From assembly GCF_009914755.1 (NCBI RefSeq), contig NC_060931.1: DNA of 64,000 nucleotides. One strand, given 5' to 3'. This DNA comes from the human T2T-CHM13v2.0 reference genome, Homo sapiens. A model generated the notes under the pieces. The model saw only the letters and a program-made list of their open reading frames with translations. It was not told the DNA's origin and made no database searches. This document shows, piece by piece, positions 28,537 through 42,438 of this stretch. Each line of letters opens with the position of its first letter. Within the stretch, counting starts at the first letter, position 1. The position numbers and the translations under genes are program-made.

Positions 28537-30070
28537 ATACCCCCTTGAAATAGTCTGGCTCAGGACATTCCAATTAAAAAAAAAACTCTAGTTTTTCTGG
28601 TGAGCTTTCACTTTCTACCCATGCATTTGCAGTTGTAGTTGGTTATTGCTTTTCTAATAATAAGAGTACAATAAGGCCATCTGTTTTTGAAAAAGAAAAG
28701 TATTAGCAGGAGGAACAGACATCCCATTTAGAAACTGTAACAATGTTTTTATGGCTAAAATCATAATAGTTTCTGGAATATGTCAATTGGTGACTGGTAA
28801 AATAGACTCAGATACTATTGAAGACTCAATAATAGGTCACAGAAATAACAACTCTGAGAAGAAAGAGGAGATTCTTTATTTTCATGATTTTTCTGATTGG
28901 TCATGATTGCAGTATTCTTTACATTGGCATCATTTTTTAAAAAACAAATCATTTTATTTTGATAAGAAGACTTAACATGAGATCTATCCACTTAAAATTT
29001 CAAATGTATAGTTCAATATTGCTAACTGTAAGTACATAGCACCATTTTGCTTTGATTAGCTTTAATCTCCAGTTGGATGGTAGAACCATTTTGGTGCATT
29101 TCTCTTAGTTTAACAGTTATCCTTGGTTAAACTAAAAAAGTTATGCCAACATTTCTTTGGGAAATTGTACACATTTGTTTGACTGCAGTTGATGGTGCCA
29201 TATAATGAATCTGCAAATGAGACCATTAAAAAAGGCAAAAATTTTTGCAAATGAATATATTTATATCCTAATGTATTTTATTTATAACTTTTAATATAAA
29301 GTAACAAGTAGAACCCTGATGTTGCCCACGATTACCTTACTGCTATCTAAATTTTACCAAAAATCAATTATATATCTGATTTATTCTCTTTGTCTGAATG
29401 TATGGCAATTCCCTGACTTAGCATAGTGTAGGTACACAAAATCAAATAATGGAATAGGACAGGACCTTTTAAACAAGGAGCCAAATAAACTGTGTAAATT
29501 GAAACCTGAATAATAGTCATTACAATTCTATGATGGTTTTTGGCTACAGTGACACACAGAATCCTACCTAGGAGATGCCTATGGTGATGGAGAGAGATAG
29601 GTATAAGGAGAGTGTACTTTTCTGAGATTGAGGCAGATGTTGGTGCTCCTACTGCTTTATCAGAGTATTCATTCCTAAGAAAGGAATGAAGTAATTTGTA
29701 CCCAATCTGTGTTTGACATTTTTCATTTTTTGAAAGGTACCTAGTATTAATTGTAGTCCAGCAATCTGCTTTACAGAAAAATCCTACAAATGAAAGAACC
29801 TAGTATTTCTTCCATAGTAAACAGTCAAATGATTCATAAGTCACATAGAATTGTCCTTGACTCTTGGATAGTATTTTCTGTGGGTTCCGTGTATTCATCT
29901 CTTTTTAAAACCTGCTTGGTAATCAACCAAGCCTTCATGTATGCTGTATGGCGATTTTAGTTCCTTTTTCTGATTCAGTATAGACCAGTCAAAGCAAACA
30001 AGAGAAAAGTAAGGTGTAGCTCATTGTCTCAGACACCAAACCAAATTCCCTGGGGAACTGAGTAGGATTA

Positions 30071-30403
<333 letters not shown>

Positions 30404-31349
30404 TTAAATTTGGGAAAAATATGCTAGCAACATTTCTGAAAACTGTTATCACAGTCCTAAATTAAAAATAACGGGAAAGTTCTACTTTTGTGAGATCAAA
30501 TGTTTTTATAATTAATATTGCAAAATATTTCTGCGTGGATGTCTATAATTTCGAGTGATTCAGTATAATGGGATTTCAGAAAAATATGCTATTATGTAAA
30601 TACGTGTATATTCTTACGCTGCTTTCCTAAGGTCCAGATCCACATAGTGACTTATTACCATATACAACAAACACTGCTAGCTCTCTCTCCCCAGTCTCTC
30701 CTGCCCCTTTCTGTTTCTGTACTTTTCTTGGTCTTGCCTCTCTCTGGTTCTGTTTTTATCTTTTGTCTCTATTTGTACATTGCCTTGTTCTACTTGCTTC
30801 TTAAAGAATTTAGAAGAGTTTAAAAGTATCCAAAATATGAAAAGAGAAAATAAGTATTTCAAGAAATCAGAAAGAGAAAATCAGAGCAGGAAACTAATAA
30901 AGGTAGAAATAAGATTAATACTCAGAAATACATACTGTATGATCAAAAAGGTGCTAGTCACCTAAAATAATAAGAAATCATTTTGTTTCCATTTTCAGAG
31001 TGTTCAAAATATTAAACCTTTTGTTGAGGAGATGCACACCCTTTACTGATGCTGAGTCAAAGATGAAATTTCGCTTATGAATATTCAAAAAGACAGTTCC
31101 TTTAATAATATCTCTATAGTTTATATAATTATAAAGATTATGCTTAAGTAATTATGAGAAACAAATTTCACAGAACTTTAGAAAATAATGATAAAACTCC
31201 ATTTATTAAATATAATTCTCCCTGAGCCCAAATCAGTGTGGTCTAAGCTGCAGCCTGATCCAAGGATAAATTTTGAGTATCTAGTTTTGCAAGTTTTCAG
31301 TATCTAGTGTTTTCAATAAGGATTGAGCAACCAATTTCAGTAACTCAGA

Positions 31350-32210
31350 ATTGAGATGTAGGATGAAGGAGGTGTGTATTTTGTTTTTAAATGAGCAATA
31401 TTAGAACATGTTTGAACATTAATTTAAATGATTGAGTTCAGTGGGAGAGGTTGATGATCAGGAAAGAGAAGTGGATCATAAGTCCGTGAAGAAGAGAGAG
31501 GGGATGGGATGCAGAAGCTTGCGGGAGGGTTTGAGGAATAGGCCTTTGTAACTTCTCTGTAACAGGAGGGATCGTATGTACACCTAGGGAGACTTTGTAG
31601 ATTTGTTAGTGGAGAGATAAAGGAGCTTTGATAATGTATAAATCTGAAAAAAAATAGTGAGAAAATAAGAAAGCAAACTCATGAGGGAAATAGGCATTGT
31701 GGAATTTCCATCTAGAGTTTGAGATCCTACATTTTGAATTGAAACCAGCCATCCTTTTTAGGTGATTTTCCCTGGAAGTGATTTGTTTATCAGCATCTAA
31801 GCAACTAAAAACAGGGCTCAGATTTTAAAACAGAATTACAGATAAAATGTTTTTAATGAGACTGATTATCATAATGGACTACCAAATCTGAGATGGTAAG
31901 GAAATCGGTGACGATTAGAGAAAACTGATACATGGTGAAAAATTAATGGGTTCACCTGATCAAAATTCTTGAAAGTTTGAGGAAGTAAAGTAGTAGGAGT
32001 TATAGAGCAAGTGAACTAGGTTAAAAAATAAAAGGGAAAAAAAAGGTAGTGGTCAGAGAATGGATCAGATATTGAGAACAAGAGTTCAGAGAGATTGCAG
32101 ATTCTGATAATGGCAAGCTCATCACTGGGGGACTGGATTGCTAAAGTGGAGAGAAGACCAATGGGGACAAAGATTTCAAGAAAATGAGGTATCACAGTTG
32201 TGGATATTGA
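31350..32210. mobile_element. Probable L2 relic
   Basis: Purine-rich degenerate text typical of antisense L2 (ggagaggttgatgatcaggaaagagaag). Approximate. Confidence 0.4.
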
Positions 32211-32217
32211 AAAGGCC

Positions 32218-33030
32218 TGTTTGTATTGAGGTACATTCCTTGTGTACCTAATTTATTGAGTTTTTTTAAAATCATGAAAGGATGTTGAATTTGTCAAATG
32301 CTTTTTCTGCATCTATTGAAATGATCATATGGTTTTTGCCCTTCATTCTGTTAATATGATGTATCATGCTTATTGATTTGCTTATGTTAAACCATCCTTG
32401 CATCCCTGGAATCAATCCCACTTGATCATGGTGAATGATCTTTTTAATGTGCTGTGTTGAATTTGGTTTGCTAGTATTTTGTTGAGGATTTTTGCATCTT
32501 TGTTCATCAGGGATACTGGCCTGTAGTTTTCTTCTTTTGTTATGTCCTTATCTGATTTTGTTATCAGGATAATGTTGGCCTCATAGATTGAAATTTGAAA
32601 GTATTCCATTCTCTTTGATATTTTGGAATAGTTTGAGTAGAATTGTTATTAGTTCTTCTTTAAATGTTTGATGGAATTCAGCAGTGAAGCCCTCAAGTCC
32701 TGGGCTTTTCTTTGGTAGGAGACTTTGTATAACTGATTCAATCTTCTTACTCGTTATTGCTCTGTTCAGATTTTCTATTTCTTCCTAGTTCAATCTTGGT
32801 AGGTTTATGTATCCAGGAATTTATCATTTCTTGTAAGTTATCCAGTTTGTTGGCATATAGTTGTTCATAACAGTTTAATGATTCCTTGTATTTCTGTAGT
32901 ATCAGATGTAATTTCTACTTTTTCTTTTATTTGAGTCTTCCTTCTTTTTTTTTAGTCCAAAGGTTTGTTCAATTTTCTTTATCTTTTCAAAAAACCAGCT
33001 CTTTGTTTTGTTGATCTTTTGTATTGTTTT
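32218..33030 (-). mobile_element. L1 ORF2 internal fragment
   Basis: ORF 32412..32609 (-) gives L1 ORF2-like [43 protein letters not shown]. Confidence 0.92.
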
Positions 33031-33360
33031 GATGCTTAGCACAATGAATGAGAAAGTACACGCACACTCTCTCTTTCTCTCTCCCTCTCAGACAAAGCAT
33101 TGTGGAATTTTAGAGCACTGAGGAGCGTATTCTTAAAGATTAGAAAGAAAAAAAACAAGTTACTCAAGATATGAATCAAGATGGCATTTAGCTTTTCATC
33201 AAAATAATTCGATGATAGAAGACAACGCAGAAGTTTTCTCCAAGATTGGAGGGAGTTTTCAACTTAGAATGCTGTGTCTTGCTAAGTTGATAATCTGCAA
33301 AGAATGCTGAATAGACACATACTCTCAGTGTCACAAAGTGACACTGACAAATTGCAAATA

Positions 33361-33563
33361 CAGGTCAAGCATCCCAAATCTGATAATTCAAAATCCAAAG
33401 TGCTCAAAAAGTTTGGAAGTTTGGAGCATTTTGGATTTTGGATTTTTGGATTTGGAATGCCAAACTGCTTAAGTATATAATACAAATATCCCCAAATCTG
33501 AAAAAATCTGAAATCCAGAACACTTCCGGTCCTGAGCATTTTGGATAAAGTATACCTAATGTG
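33361..33563. mobile_element. TcMar-Tigger relic (Tigger4/MER46-like)
   Basis: ta|caggtcaagcatcccaaatctg...aaatccaaagtgctc with its internal inverted counterpart ggagcattttggattttgg. Confidence 0.8.
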
Positions 33564-34536
33564 TAGCAAATTGGTATAGCCTTAGGTAGGTGTTTGAAAA
33601 ATGGAAAAGGTAACTAATACATCGGATGTTTCAATATCCTGAAAGATTTTTAACATGCTAGGAAGAGTGATTGAATTGAATAAGGTCAAGTTTAAAAATC
33701 CTTTTTTTGGTCCATTTTGATTATTTTGCTTTCAGGTATAATAGAAGGATTGTAGTCACATATGTGAAAAATGGTTGGGCCTTGAAATAGGATTTCTTTT
33801 GCATCTTCCAAAAGAAATCATATGTCATCTTGAACTGTGTTATACAAAGTACCTGGAGAAAAAGGAAGTGGGAGTATTATTTTACTTCATCTTGGTAGAC
33901 AATACATTTATTCCCTTTTCATTCAGCAGACATGTTAGGTATAAACACTGTTGTGGCTCTTGTGGAGCTCCTACACTAATGGGAGAGACAAACAGGTAAA
34001 GAGAACCAATAATAGAATGCTTGATGTGCTTATAGAAGCATGTTTTTTAGTGCTGTTATATCCCAAAGGATTGAAACTCGATAGAAATTTTGTTTGTAGA
34101 GGGTCTTGAGGAAGGAGTAGGAGACTATCAAGTGGAGGTCATTCTAGGAAGAGGGGAAAGTATATCCTGATGCTTGATAAAGCATGAGGTTTCAAAGGAT
34201 TAGTGAATTTTCTTGTGTGCTGAAAGTTCATGTGGTAAGGGCTCTGTGACAGTCCTTTAATGAGGTCAGGAAACTTAGGGACAAGTATAATAACCAAATC
34301 TAAGGTCAACTGATGCCCACCTCATGCCCCGAGAATAGTTTAACTTATACAGTGATTCAGCAATATATTACTGTTAATATTTATTTTAAAATTTCTTAGC
34401 AATATTATCAAGTGACAATGAGAATATTATATAAATCTAGCTTGGAAAAAGCCTGTTGAAAAGTAAGCGTTGAGAAACAATCCTTAGTTGCTAATATTGA
34501 AGAGGTTGTATATTTAAAATGTTAAACCTACCAAAA

Positions 34537-34840
<304 letters not shown>

Positions 34841-35492
34841 CCTATTGAAATAGTTTATGTTATTTCCTCAACATTTTGGTTTAAAAAGCATTCATCTGCT
34901 TTTCTGTCTCTCATTTCAAAATTTCCAAATAGCATGAATTGTATAGTTCACTGTTTATGATACGAATACAAGCATTATACTGATGAACTTGAGAAGATGT
35001 TCTGACACACATAAAGACTGATGTGATGCATTTTTTTACCTTCCTTAATTAAATATATTCTTTTCTCCATTTGTAATAGAGTGTTATGGAAATTGTCTAG
35101 GCTTTGATCATCTAAATTTATTTTATCTGGAAACTGAAGTGGTTATTTCCACTGAGCTACTATTGCAAGATACAAAAGAAAAGAGATAAACAAATTGAGT
35201 GTTCATTTTGACAGCTATTTTGATTACTAATATTTCAAGGGCACGTTTTAAAATACAGGTTCTTTTATGTTATATTATAAATAGAAAAATTCATTTCTCC
35301 CTCCATGAAATATAAACTCTGGAAAGTCTCCAGGGATAGTATTAACCATCTTGGAGTACTAACACTGAGAAAATGTTTAGTAATCAAAATAATACTTTAT
35401 AAATCTTGGACTCATTGATTCTTTGGATTTTTGGTAATCTAAAAAAAGCAAAAAATGTTGTTGTGTTTATAAATTCCAAGACTAATTGCAAA

Positions 35493-35803
35493 TTTCTTTC
35501 TTTCTTTCTTTCTTTTTTTTTTTTTTTTGAGACAGAGTCTTACTCTGTCACCCAGGCTGGAGTGCAGTCACAATCTTGGCTTAGTGCACCCTCTGCCTCC
35601 CAGTTCAACTGATTCTCTTGCCTCAGCCTCCTGAGTAGCTGGGACTTACAGGTGTGCACCACCACACCCAGCTAATTATTTTGTATATTAGTAAAGATGG
35701 GATTTCACGCCCAGGCTGGTCTTGAACTCCTGAGCTCAGGCAATCTGCCTTCCTTAGCTTCCCAAAGTGCTGGGATTACAGGTGTGAGCCACTGTGCCCA
35801 TCC
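35493..35803 (-). mobile_element. Alu element (S/J)
   Basis: Reverse Alu with (TTTC)n tail. TSD taattgcaaattt / taatggtaaattt. Confidence 0.92.
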
Positions 35804-35954
35804 TAATGGTAAATTTTTTATTCCAGAAAAATTGTTTTTTATTTTTCTTCTGTATATGTTGATGAAAAATTAAGAAAGAAACAGAAACTAAAAATTTAAA
35901 GTTACTGAAAATATCACACCTTTTTAAATGTTTATTATGAGTTTTACATTAAAA

Positions 35955-37740
35955 AAACTTTTAGGTTCAGGGGTACATGTGCAGGTTTGTTATATAAGTA
36001 AACTTGTGTAATGAGGGTTTGCTGTACAGATTACTTTTCTCACCCAGGTACTAAGTGTAGTACCTGAAAATTATTTTTTCCTGATTTTCTCCTTCCTCCC
36101 ACCCTCCACTCTGAGGTAGGCCCCAGTGTCTCTTGTTTCTCTGCTTGTATCCATGTGTTCTCATTATTTAGCTCCTACTTATAAGTGAGAATATGCAGTA
36201 TTTTTTTTTGTTGTTGTTATTGTTCCTGCATTAGTTTGCTAGGAATATTGGCCACCAGCTTCATCCATGTTTCTGCAAAGGACATGATCGTGTTCTTTAT
36301 TATTGCTGCACAGTATTCTATGATGTATCCCTACCACATTTCCATTATCTAGTCTATTGTCAATGGACATTTAGGTTGATTCTTTGTCTTTGCTATTGTG
36401 AATAGTGCTACAATGAGCATATGAGTGCATGTATCTTTATGGTAGAACGATTTATATTCCTTTTGGTATATACCCAGTAATGGGACTGCTGGCTTGAATG
36501 GCAGTTATGTTTTAGTTTTTTGAGGAATTGCCACACTGCTTTCCACAAGGGTTGAACTTAATTTACACCCCCACCAGCAGTGTATAAGCATTCTTTCTTC
36601 TCTGCAATCTTGCTAGCCTCTGTTATTTTTTGACTTATTTTTAATATTAACATTTCTGACTGGTGTGACATGGTATCTCATTTTGGCTTTGACTTGAATT
36701 TCTCTAATGATCAGTGATATTGAGTATTATTTCATGTGCTTGTTGGCCATATGTATGTCTTCTTTTGAAAAGTGTCTGTTCGTATCCTTTGCTCACTTTT
36801 TAATGGGGTTGCTTTTTTTTTCTGGTAAATTTGTGTAAGTTCCTTATAGATTCTGGATATTAGACCTTTTTCCAGTGCATAGTTTACAAATATTTTCTCT
36901 TATTTTGTAGGTCATCTGTATACTCTGTTGATAGTTTCTTTTGCTGTGCAGACGCTCTTTAGTTTAATTAGATCCCATTTGTCATACTTGCTTTTGTTGC
37001 AATTGCTTTTGGTGTCTTTGTCATGAAATCTTTACCAATTCCTATGCCCAGAATGATATTTTCTAGGTTGTCTTCCAGGGTTTTTATAGATCTGGGTTTT
37101 ACATTTAAGTCTTTAACCCATCTTGAGTTGATTTTTGTATGTGGTGTAAGGAAGAGGTCCAGTTTCAATCTTTTGCATATTGCTAGCCAGTTATTCCAGC
37201 ACCATTTGCGTGTTTTTGTCAGCTTTGTTGAAGATTAGATGGTTGAAGGTGTTCAGCATTATTTCTGGGCTCTCTCTTCTGTTCTGTTGGTCGATTTGTC
37301 TGGTTTTGTACCAGTATCATGCTGTTTTGTTTACTGTAGCCCTGTAGTATAGTCTGAAGTAGGGCAATGTGATGCTTCCAATTTTGTTCATTTTGCCTAG
37401 GCTTACCTTGGCTATTTGTTATATTTTTTTTGTTTCATGTGGATTTTAAAATAATTTTTTCTAGCTCTTGAAGACTGTCATTGGTAGTTTAATTGGAATA
37501 GTATAGAATCTGTAAACTGCTTTGGGTAGTATGGCCATTTCGATGATATTGATTCTTCCTGTTCATGAGCACAGAATGTTTTTTCCATTTGTTTGTGTCA
37601 TCTCTGATTTATCTGAGTAGTGTTTTTGTAGATTCTTATTGTAGAGATCTTTCACCTCCCTTGTTAATTATATTTCTAGATATTTTATTCTTTTTGTGGT
37701 AATTATGAATGGGATTGTGTTCCTGATTCGGCTCTTGGCT
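35955..37740 (-). mobile_element. Primate L1 (older L1PA/L1PB) 3' portion, about 1.8 kb
   Basis: L1 3' UTR plus ORF2 C-terminus (ORF 36968..37168: [24 protein letters not shown]). Confidence 0.93.
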
Positions 37741-37759
37741 TTATGTACAAAATCATTAG

Positions 37760-38260
37760 GAATGTGAGGTGTAGACTCAAATTGATAGTTTAGATCCCAG
37801 CTCTAGCTTAAAATTCTTCTGAATGACTTTGGAAAAATTAAATAACCATTAAAAAATTTATTAAATGGCCCTAAAATAGTACTGTAGTATTATATATGAA
37901 TCAAATGAAATAACCCCTAAAAAGCACATAATAATTTCCTGATGCATTGTAAGTGCTAGGTAAATTTTGGCTGCTTGTATTATTTTCATCCTTATTACCA
38001 TTAGTACTATCCACTGACGTCACCTTCTCAATGTGGCCTTTCCCGACCATAGCATCTCAAGAAAGGCCACCCATTTGTCTTTATCACAGCACCTTTGTTT
38101 CTGCATCACAGTATTTTCATAGGTCTGTTTCATATGTTATTCACTTGTTTATTTTCTGCCCTTCTCACTAGAATGAGGACTAGGATCATGTATGTGTTGT
38201 TCACTATTATCTCCCTAGCACTTATCACTCAGCAATATTTTTTGAATAAATGAATAGATG
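37760..38260. mobile_element. MIR and L2 relics
   Basis: MIR-like gatcccagctct...tgactttggaaaaatta, then L2 end tgttgttcactattatctccctagcact...tgaataaatgaat. Confidence 0.55.
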
Positions 38261-39849
38261 CAGTGTTACCTTGAGTCTTATTTAAACTATAAACAAGAAT
38301 TATCTTCTATTACCTCTCTTTTATAAAGAGAATTTCGTCCCTTTGATTTGTCTCTTTCCTTTGAACCTACTGCATGTGATGTTTCTCTGTTACTTTATCT
38401 TTAGAGAGGGAAGTCTTTGCCCAATATGGGGGGATTGAGATGGGCCTTTCGGAGAGCTCATAGGCCCCTGTTGAGGTAATCCAAATTTTTATAAAAGGAG
38501 AAGAGAAAAGCTTAGACTTATTCACATTTCATTTTGTCAGAGATTTTTTTGTTTGTCAGGACAGTAAAAGGAAGGAGCTCCATAGGCAGCTGAGGCAGAC
38601 ACTTGACTTCGCTGGAGGAAGAGTTTGGGGCACTGCTGCCTTTCTTGGTTAGCCCACAGCATCCCCCATTTTCTTTCATACAACACACATGCCCAGTGTA
38701 AGCTATGAGTGAAGACTCAGCCTAGCAGTTTCACTGAGGTATTGGAGTAGGTCCTAATTGGGTTTGTCTTTCCTCATCAAGAACTCAGCTCTGGCCAGCT
38801 GAGCTTGGGCATGCTATTGGTGTTCTGCTGAGAATCATGTCCATGTTTTTTCCCCAGTGATAAATTCTGATCAATTTTCACAGTAACTTATGGCGGATAG
38901 GCTTGCCTGGACGTACCTGAACATGCTTTGTTTCCAGATGTTTTTGCAATACCTACATGGGTGATTTAACAGAAGCTGGTATAATGTCTTGTTATAGTGC
39001 AACATAAAAACTGCTTACTGCACTTCAGACGTACTACGTTCCTCGTCTGTGTTTTATAAACACATTTCTGCCTCAGTGCCTTTGTCCCTACAGTTCTTTT
39101 GGCTTGCAATGCTCTTTCCATAGATTTCCCCATGGCTTGCTCCTTTACTTCATTCAGGTACCTTGAATTATATATGTGTCTTTTTACTTCTGGGGCCAGA
39201 TGATACAGTTCTTTAAACGTGTGATAATAATCCTAGTTGTTTATGTTTATCTTTTTTAAGATTGTAATACATTTTCACTGAAAATTTATAGTTGAATGGA
39301 ATAAATTCCTCTCTACAGCTCTATTTTATTTCATATATAAAGAATTTTATTCTTTGTATATATTTAGGCTAACCCCAAGTTTTTTCTATCTGCATGTGGA
39401 AGCTTATTCAGAATCCTTCTAGAAACTGAATGAATTGAATTTTCTTTGAAAAATTAGCACTGTGAAATTTCTGTAAAAATTTACAGCTATATTTGAAATG
39501 ACAGTAAATCGTATGCTAAAGAAAACATATTTTATTAAAGATAGTTGTTTTGTATCTGCTATGTGAAAGTTACTTGATTAGCTGGGTGCTGTGTAGGTCC
39601 AAAGAAATTTATGATATCTCTGCCCTTTATTTTATAATAAATTGGGGAAAGTAATGAAAACAATAATGACAATAAGTAACATTTATTGAGTGCTTAATAT
39701 GTCAAGCATTGTTTTAAGTGTTTTATTTAAAGGTACATATACGTGAAAGGAAATGAGCATATTAAAGCAGAAATTTCAGAATCTGGGAGTTGTAAAGGAT
39801 CGTGTTCAACCTTACGAACCTGGTGGAAGCTCTCTAATGCTTTTGGCAG

Positions 39850-40860
39850 GTATTCCTGCAGGATCTCCATAGGAATTCACAAGAAGGGCTCTGAGCTCCT
39901 GAAGGAGAAGCTGCACAAAGCTCACAAGGAGCTGCAGCTGAAGGGCGAAGACTGTGAGCAGCTGTTCCTAGTGCAGGAGCAGCTGCACGGGAGCTGGAGG
40001 AGCTGATGACTAGCCTGTTTGAGGAAGCCCACAAGATGGTGTGGGAAGCCAGCATACAGCAGGCAGTGTCAGAAAAGCAGCTGAATGCGGAGGCATGGGG
40101 AAAGATAGACATGCTGCAGGCAGAGGTGACAGCTTGAAGACACTGGTCATCATGTCCACACCAGCCTCTCCCAACTACAAGCTCCACCTGCACCTGCTGA
40201 GCCCCACTAAGGGTGGGCCCTGCAAGGCCCACTGCCAACCTAAGAGCACCAGCAGTGCCCTCTCCTTGGCCTTGTGCCCCACTGTGAGACATGCCCTCAC
40301 CTTGGACAAGGAGGTGGATGTGACACTATTGGCAGAGTTCCAAGCCTGGAAGGAATTACCTACCTTGGACAAGACCTGTTCCTTGCTGCAAAGGGTGTAG
40401 TGGGAGGATATGGACCCCTGCCTGGACTTCACAGTGCAGAATCTCTTGCCACAGGTGTAGGCCTCTATGGGGGACACCACACTCACTATCAAGCCTGTGG
40501 CTCTGCAGAAGCTGCCTATAGTGAGGGTAACTGTGGTCAATTGTGGCAGTGCCAATATATGTGTCTTGAGCAATTTGGCCCATACCTGCCACCACCACCA
40601 CATCTGGCTTTGTGACTTTGCGAGCCACTACCACATCTCACTGTCTTCTCAGGCCAGGATCACTGCAGTGTGCAACTTTTTCATCTATATCTGCTACATC
40701 CACAAGGCCTGGTGCGACAGGATTTGAAGCCAGTGTTCTGGGAGATCACAAAGCTGTGAAAAGAGATACAGCTGGCCAAACTCAGCTCCCCCTAGAAGCC
40801 TAGGGTGTTACCTGGGCCTAGATGTGGGCTGCCTAGGATGGACAGACACACATAAAAATA
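39850..40860 (+). pseudogene. Processed pseudogene of RAB3IL1 (GRAB, Sec2-domain Rab GEF), 5'-truncated and decayed
   Basis: Peptides pieced across frames (KGSELLKEKLHKAHKELQLK; [10 protein letters not shown]; [14 protein letters not shown]; [16 protein letters not shown]; [16 protein letters not shown]; ...LEA*) are collinear with RAB3IL1 as I recall it. No introns, several frameshifts, stops at 40398-40400 and 40458-40460, short A-rich end at 40852-40861. Confidence 0.9.
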
Positions 40861-42096
40861 AGGATCCTGGTACAAGATCTGAGACAGGTCTGTACCTCAT
40901 GAAATGATCTTTCTTTCACACCGAGTTCTGCAACTCACAGGTGGACTTTCAAGAAAATACCAAAGACCAGGGGGTTCAGAGCCTGAAAAACACTTTTAAT
41001 GGCAGTTTTTCCTGAGGCAGCCATGAGCATCTATCATTGTTAATATAGTTCTTATCATGTATTGTGCCCTTTGCATCTCTCTAGCTGTTGTCTAATTCTT
41101 CTGTTATGTGATAGGCCTTCCTATACTTGAAAATGGTAGTGTATCTTCTTGCGGGGAGGTCCTGGCACCCCTGTGGCAAGGTCAGCCCTAATGATTGGTC
41201 CTGAATCAGTGATGGCAGAAGAGTGATGGCAGAAGCAGTATTCAGTCTTCTGCTATCAGGCTCTCTTTCCAAGTCTCCTGGGAGCTCCTTGAGGGCAGAA
41301 GCTCTTCTTCCCTTATTCCTGATTTTATCCCCAGTGTCTTGCACTGAGTTACGTAAATGAATGAAAGTAAATAAATACAATCTAGAGTTAATATGTTGGA
41401 TCTCAAGCTTAGTGTGGATAAGACTAGATTTAAAAGGTTCTTATACGGTACTTTATCATCATTATTCTCCCATCTACCTCTCTACCCCTGCCCCGCCACA
41501 ACTGTACTATCTCTAAAACATTAAAACTTCAGTGTCATTTATTTACAAAAGTAAATATTTGGTGGCATTTATTTTAAAAAGTATTATCTTTGATTAAGGA
41601 AAACACCTAATCAGCATTATGGGCAGAACTCAGCATCCAGAATAAGACTGGGGTGAAGGGAGGGGTGGTGAAGCTTCAAGGAGAATGGGGTATGACTTCA
41701 GCAGCAAAGACCAGTGTGTTTGCATGGATTGTGACAGGCATACCCAGTATATTTTATTCTTTATCATTGTGAAAGGGAATGACTAGGGATGAGAGGAGAT
41801 ATACTATTGAATTCTGGATGGAGATGACAAATTGAAGTCCTAATAACCAATCCGAAGAAGTAATTGCATTTATAAAATTTACCACAGTTACCATGGGGAA
41901 CATAAAGAAATATTTTATATGTCCATGTATCATGCTACTCTAGCTAGATCTTAGATTCCCTAAGCAAGAAGACTGAGTTCATCTTTGTACTCCCAGTGTG
42001 TCTCTTTATGACATCTGCATAATAGATGGTCAATAAGTGTTGAATTAAATGGAATAGAGGACTTAGTCCTAGATCTCAAAAAAGTGTATAATTCCT

Positions 42097-42438
<342 letters not shown>

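Noticed and set aside
39834-40634. 152-aa and 142-aa minus-strand ORFs, the longest in the window
   Set aside because: Antisense shadows of the GC-rich RAB3IL1 retrocopy, which are expected to be stop-poor.
39743-40803. Functional retrogene or in-frame BBS9-RAB3IL1 fusion
   Set aside because: Multiple frameshifts and stops, 5' truncation, and candidate acceptors out of phase with BBS9 exon 17.
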